A stretch of DNA of 64,000 bases, taken from Heptranchias perlo. Lineage: Eukaryota. The number at the start of each line of letters is the position of its first letter. Position 1 is the first letter of the stretch. The DNA is taken from positions 119,660,001-119,724,000 of the forward strand of contig NC_090329.1 of the NCBI RefSeq assembly GCF_035084215.1. Reading direction: 5' to 3'. Under the pieces are notes generated by a model. It made no database searches. It worked only from the letters and a program-made list of their open reading frames with translations, and was not told the origin of the DNA. This document shows, in pieces, positions 38,124 through 50,732 of the stretch. The position numbers and the translations under genes were made by a program.

Positions 38124-39099
38124 CACCAACACGGGTACAAATAAATTCACATTTTGAACCCTTGGTTTTTTTTCATGCAAACTTCTTAACTCCTACAGTT
38201 CACCTGAAAAGGGGCCATTACTTTGAAACAGGCGTCAGTGTTTGAGGATTGTGAAGCAAAACAGCAAACTATTCAGAAGCAGCAAGATCCCCAGCTGTAA
38301 ATGATTGCTATTGTGGGGATATCTTTTCAGGCAGTTATGCAATTTTTTTTGTGAGATTTAGACCCCCCCCCCCTTTTATAAGAGTGGGGGGTTAGGGTGT
38401 GTTTTAAAACAAATCAAGCAACCAAAATAAGTGTCAAATAATTTTATTGTAACGGTCCAGGATACATTCCAGTCCCTGCGGTGCCCACCGGCCGCGGAAA
38501 GCCTCAAGCGTACCGGCAGACACCGCGTGCTCCCTCTCCAGGGTCACCCGGGCGCGGAGAATGCCGCGGAAGAAAGGCAGACAGTCGGAGTGACCGCCCC
38601 CACGGGCCGCGTCTAAACTGGACCTGTGCAGTTATGCAATCAGGCATAAGTGATTTGTTAATTTTAATGGCTAATTTTCCTTCTAATGTGGGGAGTTGTA
38701 TTATTGATCAGATAATTGGGTTGCTGAGAAGACGTGTGTTTGTACTCGATAGTCCCACTGAAGACAATGGCAGTGTGAGTGTCTGTGCAAATGTCATCCT
38801 CCTTACATTGCTGCAGTTGCTGGGAGCGCGTGGTACCTGTTGTAATTAGAAAGTAAACCCCTTGTTTCACACATGCATTCCTGTTTTAAGTATCGTTTTC
38901 AGATGCAAATGGCAAGCATACTGAACTGGCTTGTTCTCGCCATCTTTGTTAATCCAGGAGTTTTAGCACCGCTCTTCAGTGATGAGTGACCTTTGATTCA
39001 AGCCACAAAGGTGTGAGATGCGGTCTAGGTCCACATTGGTGGTAAGCAATTTGTCTTGTGGAGTTGGACACTGTGTGACCCTATGATCCCCTACCACTA

Positions 39100-39662
39100 T
39101 AAAAAGAAAGGCCTGCATTTATGTAGCACCGAGTGTCTCGAAGCACTTCACATACAATTAATTACTTTGATGTGCAATCACTGTAGCCAAAGATGCCGAG
39201 TATTTTAGATATTGCAAGGTCCCACAAACAGCAATGAGGTGATCCACCAGGTAACCTGTTTTGGTGGTGAGACGAGGAATGTTGACCTTCCTGCACTTCT
39301 TCAAACAGTACCGTGGGATCTTTAACATCCACCTGATAGGGCCTTGTGTTAATATCTCATCCCTAAGGAGAGCACTTCTAACAATGCTGCACTCCCTCAC
39401 TACTCACTACTGCACTGAAGTGTTAGCCTAGATTATCAGGTAGATAGTCTGCAAGGTTTCCCTGAGTTCCCATCATAACTTTTGGTGGAAGATTGGCGGA
39501 AAAGCCAGAGAATGACGTAAACAGCCGATTTTCCGGATTTTTGCCGCTCTTTCACTGAAATTGCAGTGGAGATTGGAAGAATCCCAACGGGAAAACCTGG
39601 AGTGTGGCTCAAACCCACAACCTACTGACTCAGGTGTCAGTGATATAACTGAACCAAACTGA
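39100..39662 (-). mobile_element. Diverged DeuSINE interrupted by an imperfect palindromic MITE-like insert (~39437-39600)
   Basis: SINE breaks after gcctagattat and resumes ctggagtgtgg; the insert has ggtttccc...gggaaaacc and ggcggaaaagcc...ggatttttgccg symmetry. Confidence 0.65.
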
Positions 39663-39869
39663 CAATTTCAAGGGCCCTGAAATTCCTCCGCTCTGGGAGG
39701 GTGGAGAGGAAGATTTCTGCCCCGGGGGATCAAGAATTTGGAGGGATCTGCAGATCTCCCATTGAAGTTACAGTGGGAGATTGGGACAACCCCAATTTCA
39801 GAGCTATAATCTCAATGGACCTACAAAATAAACTATTCATCCAATGTGATGCCAATCGTACTTAGTACA

Positions 39870-40330
39870 GGGCTAAACGGGTTAAATTGAGGCCAAGCTG
39901 CATAGACTAGGTTTGTATTCCCCGGAATATAGATTAAGGGGTGATTCTATTTGAAGTGTTTAAGATGATTAAAGGAATTGATAGGGTAGATAGAGAAACT
40001 ATTTCCTCTGGTGGAGGAGCCCAGAACAAGGGGGCGTAAACCTTAAAATTAGAGCTAGTCCGTTCAAGGGTGATGTCAGAAAGCACTTCTACACACTAAG
40101 GATAGAAGAAATCTGGAACTCTCTTTTCCCGCCCCCCCATCTGTTGAGGCTGGGGGTCATTTGAAAATTTCAAAACTGAGATTGATCGATTTTTGTTAGG
40201 TAAGGGTATTAAGGGCTACGGAACCAAGACTGGTAGATGGAGTCAAGATGCAGATCAGCTATGATCTAATTGAATGGCAGAGCAGGCTCGAGGGGATGAA
40301 TGGCCTACTCCTATTCCTATGTCCTATGTA
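39870..40330 (+). mobile_element. CR1 3' fragment
   Basis: gagaaactatttcctctggtgg...gatctaattgaatggc...cctatgtcctatgt tail. Confidence 0.85.
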
Positions 40331-40503
40331 GTGTTCGGCTTCTATGGATGTATCTGGGATAGGCCTTTGCCTACACAGCAGCAATGGGTGTTGAACATTT
40401 GGTAATATTTCGGTAATTTCACCAGAGGAATAAAATCAGCCTTGCTTGTTGACACTGGGTCAGCTTGGCTCAGATAGTTAGAACCCTCCTCTCTTGGTTA
40501 GAA

Positions 40504-40582
40504 TGATGTGGAGATGCCGGTGATGGACTGGGGTTGACAATTGTAAACAATTTTACAACACCAAGTTATAGTCCAGCAACCT
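40504..40582 (-). mobile_element. 79-bp Penelope-like terminal fragment with 12-bp TSD
   Basis: First 75 bp identical to 20052-20126; tcttggttagaa at 40492-40503 and 40583-40594. Confidence 0.85.
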
Positions 40583-41624
40583 TCTTGGTTAGAAGGTTGT
40601 GAATTTGAGCTTCTTATCAGACTTCTAATATAAGCGAGCACTAGTAATGAACGCTTTACCGTGCTATAAGGGATATTATTAATGAACACATTAGTGCGTA
40701 CTGGGTATATTAAGAATATGCTGTGCAGTACCGGTAATGAATACATTATCCATAGTGACGATTATAGCTCCAGCATAAGTTCGCTCGTTGGCTTGCGTTG
40801 CTATCTCCTGACCTCTTGAACTTTTCATCCTTGCATTATAAAAAAAAATTTTGAAGAAGACCCGAAATAATCCAGATTACTCACAGCTATTGCTTTGAGA
40901 GACAGATATTTAATCCAGAAGGTTCTATATGAGACAAAGCACCCTTCAGGAAACCGGTTTCTGAGTTCATTCCATATCTAGTGGGTTGATATAATAGCTG
41001 CATTTTAAAATAAATCTTACAAAAGCCCGTGTAGAGTAAAATCAACAAACTTCAGCACTTCTGAATGAAAAATGGCTCAGGATACGCTGACCCTCCCGAG
41101 AAAGGTTGAGCTCCAAACACAGATAATAAAACATATCGCAAGAGGGTCAGCAAAACCAGGTTAGCTCTTACTGCAGGTTTGCTGGGTTCGTCTCGTGATG
41201 TTCCTGCATTTTTTTTAGTGGAATGATAGGGATAGAAAAATGGAATTTGTTAAAAAGGCGGATTGGGACGTTTTTTTTAAATGGCAGCCCAGTTCCATCA
41301 ATGTGTCTATTTATAAATATTTAAACACAGATAGACGTTTTTAGCTGTACTATTGAACCGAGAGATTTGTTTTTAGCCAGTCTCTGAAGCATTTCTGTAA
41401 GGCTGCGATGGATTCTTTTAGGGGGCAGTCAAAGAAATACGGTGAGTTTTGACTGACTGTCAGTGTTAATTCACACAAAGCAGAATAAGCGCAGTAATCT
41501 GTTCCAGGGTGGCGCACATGCTCATTGTAATCCTTCTCACTGACAAATGTCAGTGGTCAATATATTCAGCTGAAAAAATGAACTAGAGCAAAACCAAGCT
41601 CTTCGGGCCTATTTACTGTTCAGC

Positions 41625-41974
41625 TCTTCTGTCAGTCTGTAACCTCTCCCCATCACACCTCTATCTACTGGTCCTTTTACTGATGGGGTCTTCTGTCAGT
41701 CTCTCACCTCTCCCCACGACACCTCTATCTACTGGTCCTTTTACTGATGTGGTCTTCCATCAATCCCTAACCTCTCCCCATCACACCTCTATCTACTGGT
41801 CCTTTTACTGATGTGGTCTTCTGTCAGTCTCTAACCTCTCCCCATCACACCTCTATCTACTGGTCCTTTTACTGATGTGGTCTTCTGTCAGTCTCTAACC
41901 TCTCCCCATCACACCTCTATCTACTGGCCCTTTTATTGACAGGGTCTTCTGCCAGTCCCCAACCTCTCCCCATC
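41625..41974. repeat. 64-bp minisatellite, ~5.5 units
   Basis: Unit starts tcttc at 41625, 41689, 41753, 41817, 41881, 41945. Confidence 0.95.
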
Positions 41975-43315
41975 CCAGCTACAGATACCTTCATTGATAA
42001 GTGTCCTTCTTGCCTGTGTCAAACCTCCACCAACACCCACCCCCCCCCAACCTGATTCTTCTTTTTTTACATGACATCATTGACCACTGGCGTTTTCTAA
42101 AATTGGTCACATTACTAAAATACAGAGAGACAAATGGGGGAGGGACAAAGTCTTTCCACCAAAACCATCTGGACACCAAATGTTCTCTCAAAGTTTACTT
42201 TTGAAGGACCCTTTCTTTATTAGTGGTGTTGTGATTTATGACTGATCAGGCCGAGGGGAGTACCAATCACAACAGTCAGAACTTCCATAATCAGTACCAT
42301 TTGGCACCTGAAGCTATTTCAATAAAGCAACAAAGGATAAGGGAGGGCGACACATTTCATTAGGCTATCAGATTTATTGACTGTGAACTTTAAACACCAC
42401 TTAATGTTTTTTAAAACTTTAGGCAAGTATCAAAGAGAAGGAACTAATAGAGATCCACATGCAGAGCTGTTGTTAACTTTTAATTTGCTCTTGAGATGTG
42501 TGAAAAACATCGATGAGCCAGTATTTATTGCCCACCCCGATTACCCTGAGGGCATTAAGAGTCTAAACCAGTGTGGATCTGGAGACACGTGTAGGCCAGT
42601 CCAGGGAGGGGTGGCAGGAGCCTTCCCTGAAGGATATTAGTGAACCAGTGGGTTTTTATGACAATCCAACAGCTTTCATGGTCATTTTATCTGATGCCAG
42701 TCCACAAATTACCACATTTATTGAATTCAGTTTCACTACTTACTGTGATAATATTGTGAGCTCACATCCACTTGGGTTGCTAATCCACTACCATAACCAT
42801 TACCTCACCACTGTCCCAGATACAGGTACAACACCCACCTCCTTTCCATACACATTATAACTCGTCACAGCTCTCTTGCCCAATAAAGAAAAGAGATAAT
42901 ATATTGCACCTTATCGCTTTCAGGATCTAAACTGACACTCAAGTGCAGTACTGAGGGAGTGCTGCATTGTCAGATGTGCCATCCATGAGGCATGAAACTA
43001 AGGTACATCAGAAAACACAGCAGCCATTTTACACACAGAAAAAATTGTGAGACGAACTTCAGCTGAGTAAATTTATTTTTGGACGTTTTGATTGCAGGAG
43101 GAATATTGAGCAAGGGATGGCACACCTGACAATGCAGCACTCCCTCAGTACTGCACTGGAGCGTCAGCCTAATTCACGCACTGAAGTCCTGGTTTGAGGT
43201 GTGAACCCATAACCTTATGATTCAGAGGAAAGAATGGTCCCAACCAGGGCAAGCTGTCAGAAAGAGATTATGTATTACATATTGATATGTATGGTATTTG
43301 CATATTGTTAATTGA

Positions 43316-43329
43316 CCACCAGATGGCCC
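43316..43329 (+). promoter_or_regulatory. CTCF-like motif
   Basis: CCACCAGATGGCCC resembles the CCACCAGATGGCGC core. Confidence 0.35.
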
Positions 43330-44954
43330 TCTGATGGGAATATGCACTTTGTAGCACTCCAATGTCTTCTCTTGCTCTTATATTTCCTTGTGATTCGTTG
43401 ATGGAATATTCCAGAGGGCCTGGAAGTAAAAGCATCTAGTTATTACCACACCAATTCTAATGGTGGACAACCAATGGCACACCTAAGGTAATCCTTTTGA
43501 CTGAATTTCTTTTAACAACACAGTAAAATGTGGTTTGGCAGATGACTATTTGTAAGAGCACGTTTGAAATTTATTACTAGGGGGTGGGATGCCATTGCTT
43601 GGAGATGGACTATGTTCCTATATTTGGCACTCACCAAGTACACATGAGTCAGGTACAGCTGGAGTTAGCTGTAGAGTCAAGCTGTTTCTAGCCTACCCAA
43701 TACTGACCTCAGATGATTACTCTCACTGCACCAGTGTGACAACCCCCCTTATCCACGAGACTGCCAATCAGTGTCACATTCTGGAGAATTTTCTACTGTA
43801 GACCCACACCCATTGACCAGGAACTAGTTCTATTCAACTTTGCCTTTATGAAAATGTAGTTACAAAAGAAATGGGAGCTCATGCTGAATAAGAATTTGTT
43901 TTCCTGCTTTTTCTTTCTGTGCAGCCCAACTGACAGGAGCTGTGTGTTTCTGAATTCAAGATAGGGCCCATCACTGCTAAATGGTGCATTCTAACTCTAT
44001 TTTTGTCCATGGAGTGCTAGTAAAGGGCATTGTCAATAATATTAGTTCCTTTTTGGAGAGTTTTAGATTTCTAGAGATATTCTAATAGGATAGATAGTAC
44101 TAGGATGTAATGAAGGGGCTGTTTAACTTATTGTGCATTTTGCAAGCAACTTATTGAACTTGGTTAAAACATTTGGTTCATCTGAGTTGAGTAATGCTGA
44201 AGAACTAAGTGTTGGAAGCGATTGGAGCTTTCAAGACCAAGATCAATAAATATGTGTTAGGTCAGGGTATCAAGGGATATGGAGCTAATGCAGGTAATTG
44301 AAGTTGAGGTGCAGATCAGCCATGATCTAATTGAATGGCAAGGCAGGCTCGAAGGGCTGAATGGCCTACTCCTGTTCCTATGATTTCACTTGGGGCCTTT
44401 GTGGGTTTTGCAGGTCCCTCAATCTGCCTGTTAAGACAGAAAAGGTAACCATGGATGACGATTACCTCGAACTCTCCACGTCGGGCCCTTACAATTGGAC
44501 GGGAAACTATCTTCCCCTTCAGTCTGGATGGGCTTTGAATGCAGACCTCAGAGGTCTATCACAATAAACTACTGTATAAGTCATTCCCTGGACCCTTCCT
44601 TCATCCCCAGAAATTTATCATCTTGTAAAATGTTAAGCTCAACTTGCTTCCTATTCTAATAAAGTTTCTGCCATTACCATTAAAAGATTCACATATAATA
44701 TAAACCTGGGAGATATGAGGTGACTGCTGATTCTCTGCAAGATGCATGTTGGCACTTCCTGACTGAAAGGTGAAGGGTTAGGACAAGTCCTGGTGATTAC
44801 TAGGACCATTCCATACATCGTTGCCATGCACCAACCAAAGGAATTACTGTGCTTGATGAACTTGTAGGGCTTCAATGTGGGAACTTTGCTCATAACAATG
44901 ATTATATGAAATATGAGAACAGAAAAATGATGGAAATGCACAATGGGTCAATCA

Positions 44955-45235
44955 ACAACAACAACAACTTGCATTTATATAGCGCCTTTAACGTAGTAAA
45001 ATGTCCCAAGGCTCTTCACAGGAGCGTAAATCAGACAAAAATTGACACCGAATCAAAGAAGGAGATATTAGGACAGGTGATCAAAAGCTTGGTCAAAGAT
45101 GTGGGTTTTAAGGAGCGTATTAAAGGAGAAAAGAGAAACGGAGGGGTTTAGGGAGGGAATTCCAGAGCTTAGGGCCTAGGCAGCTGAAGGCACGTCTGCC
45201 AATGGTGAAGAGATTAAAATCGGGGATGCGCAAGA
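44955..45235 (-). mobile_element. L2 3' fragment
   Basis: (aac)n ttgcatttatatagcgcc tail. Confidence 0.85.
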
Positions 45236-45390
45236 GTCAGCATCTGTTATTGACATTTTGGATGTGCATCCTTTATTAGGTTCTAATGAAGAGTACACAT
45301 CCGAAACGTTAACCTCCCTTTTGATTTTACAGAGGCTGACTGACCGGCCACATATTTCCACATGTCAGATTTCCAGTACTTGCAATCATC
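45236..45390. mobile_element. Old palindromic PLE-derived repeat with decayed hammerhead
   Basis: Imperfect hairpin 45259-45303; ggtt-CTAATGA-agagtacacatcc-GAAACGTT-aacc followed by acagaggctgactgacc...tttcca. Confidence 0.55.
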
Positions 45391-45469
45391 TGCCTTTCAT
45401 TGGTACTTGATATGAACTGGATCCAGGACCCCATTCTTGCTCATTGGTAATTGTCCGACAGCAAACATT

Positions 45470-46310
45470 TCCTTCAATTGGGAAGATCGAAGCCATTGTC
45501 TTCGGTCCCCACCGCAAACTCCATTCCCTAGCCACCCACTCCATCCCTCTCCCTGGCCACCGTCTGAGGCTGAACCAGACCTTTTGCAACCTTGGCATCC
45601 TTTTTGTCCCTGAATGAGCTTCCGACCACATATCCGCTCCATCACCAAGACCACCTACTTCCACCTCTGTAACATCGCCCCTCTCTGCCCCTGCCTCAGC
45701 TCATCTGCTGCTGAAACCCTCATCCATGCCTTTGTTACCTCCAGATTGGACTATTCCAATGGTTTCCTGGTCGGCCTTCCATCTTCCACTCTCCATAAAC
45801 TTCAGCTCATCCAAAACTCTGCTGCCCGTATCCTAACTTGCACCAAATCATGTTCTCCCATTACCTCTGTGCTCACTGACCTACATTGGCTCCCGGTCCG
45901 GGAGTGCCTTGATTTTAAAATTCTCATCCTTGTTTTCAAATCCTTCCATGGCCTCGCCCCACCCTATCTCTGTAACCTCCTCCAGCCCGACAACTCTCTG
46001 AGATCTCTGCGCTCCTCCAATTCTGGCCTCTTTCGCATCCCCAATTTTAATCGCTCCACCATTGACGGTCGTGTCTTCAGCTGTCTAGGCCCTAAGCTCT
46101 GGAATTCCCTCCCTAAACCTCTCCGCCTTTCTACCTCTCTATCCTCCTTTAAGTTGTTCCTTAAAACCTACCTCTTTGACCAAGTTTTTGGTCACCTGTC
46201 CTAATATCTCCTTATGTGGCTTGGTGTCAAATTTTGTTTGATAACACTCCTGTGAAGTGCCTTGGGATGTTTTACTATGTTAAAGGGGCTATATAAATGC
46301 AAGGTGTTTT
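45470..46310 (+). mobile_element. L2 LINE 3' 0.84 kb
   Basis: ORF 45614-46204 ETLIHAFVTSRLDYSN...QLIQNSAARIL...LHWLPV...KLWNSLP. Confidence 0.95.
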
Positions 46311-47402
46311 TGAAATGAACTGGATCCAGGACCCCACACTTGCTCATTGGTAATTGAAATGAACTGGATCCAGGACCCCACACTTGCTCATTGGTAATTG
46401 AAATGAACTGGATCCAAGACCCCACACTTGCTCATTGGTAATTGAAATGAACTGGATCCAGGACCCCACACTTGCTCATCGCTAATTGAAATGAACTGGA
46501 TCCAAGACCCCACACTTGCTCATTGGTAATTGATATGAACTGGATCCAAGACCCCACACTTGCTCATTGGTAATTGATATGAACTGGATCCAAGACCCCA
46601 CACTTGCTCATTGGTAATTGATATGAACTGGATCCAAGACCCCACACTTGCTCATTGGTAATTGATATGAACTGGATCCAAGACCCCACACTTGCTCATT
46701 GGTAATTGATATGAACTGGATCCAAGACCCCACACTTGCTCATTGGTAATTGAAATGAACTGGATCCAGGACCGCACACTTGCTCATTGGTAATTGATAT
46801 GAACTGGATCCAAGACCCCACACTTGCTCATTGGTAATTGAAATGAACTGGATCCAGGAACCCACACTTGCTCATTGGTAATTGATATGAACTGGATCCA
46901 AGACCCCACACTTGCTCATTGGTAATTGATATGAACTGGATCCAAGACCCCACACTTGCTCATTGGTAATTGATATGAACTGGATCCAAGACCCCACACT
47001 TGCTCATCGCTAATTGAAATGAACTGGATCCAAGACCCCACACTTGCTCATCGCTAATTGAAATGAACTGGATCCAGGACTGCACACTTGCTCATCGCTA
47101 ATTGAAATGAACTGGATCCAGGACTGCACACTTGCTCATCGCTAATTGAAATGAACTGGATCCAGGACTGCACACTTGCTCATCGCTAATTGAAATGAAC
47201 TGGATCCAAGACCCCACACTTGCTCATCGCTAATTGAAATGAACTGGATCCAAGACCCCAAACTTGCTCATCGCTAATTGAAATGAACTGGATCCAAGAC
47301 CCCACACTTGCTCATCGCTAATTGAAATGAACTGGATCCAAGACCCCACACTTGCTCATCGCTAATTGATATGAACTGGATCCAAGACCCCACACTTGCT
47401 CA
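46311..47402. repeat. 44-bp minisatellite, ~25 units
   Basis: Unit tga(a/t)atgaactggatcca(a/g)gaccccacacttgctcat(tgg/cgc)taat. Confidence 0.97.
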
Positions 47403-47889
47403 ATTCTGCATCTGGTAAATGACAAAAGAAATATTTAAGAGGCTTAGAGCAGGAATCTGGCCACTTAGAAAGCAACAGAGTCGGGCACGATGCACAAGTT
47501 GTTGAGACTGATCTATGAGACACAATTAAAGAGCTTGTTTGTGCGTTGTAACTTTGGAAAGCATGCCCCCCCACCACGGCTATCAATTTACCAATGGAAC
47601 ATGTGCAGCGAGCCTAACTTCAGAAACTTATCATGAAGGATTTGCACAGTGGATGCATGTCAGGATACAGCGGGTTACTGAAAATAAATTGTCAGCTGAC
47701 ACGAGTGGAATGACTCACAAGCCCTTCAGGCATTGCTGAGGAGCAAGACAAATAACTAATCTTCTGTGATCCTCCTCTTTCCGATGTGTGTTCCATTTAT
47801 TTTACTCGCCCCCGGCTGGGTTGTATTTCTGTGCATAGCCCTGCCATTTATAATTTCAGTGCGAAAGAGAAGCTTCAGAGGGGACGGTG

Positions 47890-49600
47890 CCAGAAGACTT
47901 GAATATTGCAAAAGTCACACCCTTGTTCAAAAAAGGAGAGAGGGATAAACCTGACAATTACAGGCCAATCAGTCTAATGTTGGTGGGGAAACTTTTAGAG
48001 ACAATAATTGGGGACAAAATTAATTGGCACTTGGAAAATATGAGCTAATAAATGAAAGTCAGCACTGATTTGTTAAAGGAAAATCATGTTTGACTAACTT
48101 GATTGAGTTCTCTGATGAAGTAACGGTGAGGGTTGATGAGGGTAGTACAGTTGATGTTGTGTATATGGACTTTCAAAATGCATTTGATAAAGTACCACAT
48201 AATAGACTTGTTAGCAAAATTAAAGCCCATGGGATTAAAAGGACATTGCAGCGTGGATACAAAATTGGCTAAGGGACAGAAAGCAGAGAGTAGTGGTGAA
48301 TGGTTGTTTTTCAGATTGGAGGGAAGTATACAGTGGTGTTCCCCAGGGGTCAGTATTAGGACCACTGCTCTTTTTGATATATATTAATGACCTGGACACG
48401 GGTATAGAGGGTATAATTTCAAAATTTGCAGATGACACGAGACTCGAAATGTAGTAAACAATGTGGAGGATAGTAACAGATTTCAGGAGAACATAGACAG
48501 ACTGGTGAAATGGGCAGATGAAGTGATACATTTTGGTAGGAAGAATGAGGACAGGCAATATAAACTAAATGGTATAATTTTAAAGGGGGTGCAGGAACAG
48601 AGAGACCTGGGAGTGCACCTACATAAATCTTTGAAGGTGGCAGGACAAGTTGAGAAGGCTGTTAAAACATATGGGATCTTGGGTTTTATTAATACAGGTA
48701 GAGTACAAAAACAAGGAAGTTATGCTAAACCTTTATAATTGTAAACAATTTTACAACACCAATGTGGAAATGAAATCCTCGAACCTTTCGCATTTATAAA
48801 TCACAGAACAATACCTGGTGATTACAGATAGTCTTTCCAACTGCCCGTTGCCAAGGCAATCACTGTGTGCAGACAGAGAGGTGTTACCTACAGGGCCACC
48901 GAATATACAAACAACCAAAAAAAAACAGAGAGAGAGGCAGAAACATCCGGAAGGAAGAGAAAGACAGCAAATGACCCATTATATTAAAAACAGATAACTT
49001 TTGTTCACTGGTGGGGTTACGTGTAGCGTGACCCACCAACTAAACCTTTATAAAACGCTGGTCAGGCCTCAGCTGGAGTATTGTGCCCAATTCTGGGCAC
49101 CACACTTTATGGAGGATATCAAGGCCTTAGAGAGGGTGCAGAAGAGGTTTATTAGAATGGCACCAGAGATGAGGGACTTCAGTTACATGGATAGTTTGGA
49201 GAAGCTGGGGTTATTCTCCTTAGAACAGAGGAGATTCGATAGAGGTGTTCAAAATCATGAACGGTTTTAATAGAGTAAATAAGGAGAAACTGTTTCCAGT
49301 GGCAGAGGGGTCAGTAACCAGAGGACACAGATTTAAGGTGATTGGCAAAAGAAGCAGAGATGACATGAGGGAACATTTTTACGCAGTGAATTGTAATGAT
49401 CTGGAATGTACTGCCTGAAAGGTGATGGAAGCAGATTCAATAGTAACTTTCAAAAGGGAATTGGATAAATATTTGAAGGGAAAAAATTTACAGGGCTATG
49501 AGGAAAGGGACTAATTGGATAACTCTTTTAAAGAGCCGGACAGGCACGATGGACTGAATGGTCGCCTTCTGTGGTGTACCTACTTTGATATTATGATCTG
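47890..49600 (+). mobile_element. CR1 ORF2 RT to 3' tail, interrupted by a PLE insert
   Basis: [40 protein letters not shown]. Confidence 0.95.
48739..49039 (-). mobile_element. Penelope-like terminal fragment lacking the hammerhead, 14-bp TSD
   Basis: ctaaacctttataa at 48725-48738 and 49040-49053; homologous to 34559-34812 and 20086-20112. Confidence 0.85.
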
Positions 49601-49674
49601 ATCGAGGTGCTACCTCTGAGCCAAGGCTGACAACTAAGGGAGGCTGATTTGACTGGGATAAAAGAAAGATTTAA

Positions 49675-50110
49675 AGAAAGACTTGCATTTCTATAGCGCC
49701 TTTCATGATCTCAGGACATCCCAAAGCCCTTTACAGCCAATGAAGTAATTTTGAAGTGTAGTTACTGTTGTAACATAGGAAATGTGGCAGCCAATTTGCG
49801 CACAGCAAGATCCCACAAATAGCAATGTGATAATAACCAGATAATCTGTTTTAATGATGTTGGTTGAGGGATAAATGTTGGACAGGGCACCAAGGAGAAC
49901 TCCCCAGCTTTTCTTCCAATAGTGCCATGGGATCTTTTACGTCTACCCGAAACTGCAGACGGGGCCTCGGTTCTACGTCTCATCCGAAAGACGGCAGCTC
50001 TGCACTGGAGTGTTAGCCTAGATTATGGGTTTAAGTCTCTGGAGTGGGGCTTGAACCCACAACCTTTTGACTCAGAGGCGAGAGCGCTACCACTGAGCCC
50101 CGGCTGACAC
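49675..50110 (-). mobile_element. DeuSINE, near full length
   Basis: Minus strand tgtcagccggggctcagtggtagcgctctcgcctctgagtcaaaaggttgtgggttcaagcccc (Pol III A and B boxes), Deu domain, tail aaatgcaagtctttcttt. Confidence 0.9.
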
Positions 50111-50732
50111 AGGAGGGTCTGGATGTGTTGCTGTCCCGATAGACAGCACCATCATCTGTGCTAACTCCAGCCCTGCCCTCGCTGCTGGACACTGCCCTCA
50201 TGTTGCTGTTTGGGACCTTATTGTCAGCAAATTGGCTGCTGTGTTTCCTACAACAGTGACTACACTTCAAAAGTATTTCATTGGCTGTAAAACGCTTGTC
50301 CTGGGGTTGTGAAAGGCGCTATAGAAATGCAAGTCGTTCTTTCTTCTCAGCACTAATCTGTGTGACTGTAGACTTGATGGCCCCAATGTGATTCTGTGAA
50401 GCCCTCGACTGACATCTCTCTAAATGCGATCCCCCAGCATGAGGAAGCCTGAGGAGAGAGAGCCCATTCCATATTGGTGCCCAAGTCCTCTATAGCAGCA
50501 GTCTGAGCATTCACAACAGGTGGGATTAGGGTCTCTGTCAATGGGAGGCTGTGTTGCAGAAGTCCCTCGAGTTGCCGTATGCTCAATAGTGAGCTGAATG
50601 CCTGAGAGTCCACCTGTTTGGGTTACATGCTCACAAAGCACCTTTCTTTCAATAGCAGGCCCGTGAGGCCCACACCGATGGACCTTCGGGGAGCAGGTAC
50701 AAGCCCCTACCACTACCTGCTCCTGCTCAGCT

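Noticed and set aside
43924-43983. Strong plus-strand splice acceptor
   Set aside because: All three frames hit stops within 40 nt and no partner exon is evident.
46311-47402. CRISPR-like regular array (also 41625-41974 and 50733-51156)
   Set aside because: Units are contiguous with no unique spacers, there are no cas genes, and the context is eukaryotic.
50040-50110. tRNA gene
   Set aside because: The tRNA-like A/B boxes are the head of a DeuSINE, continuous with its body.
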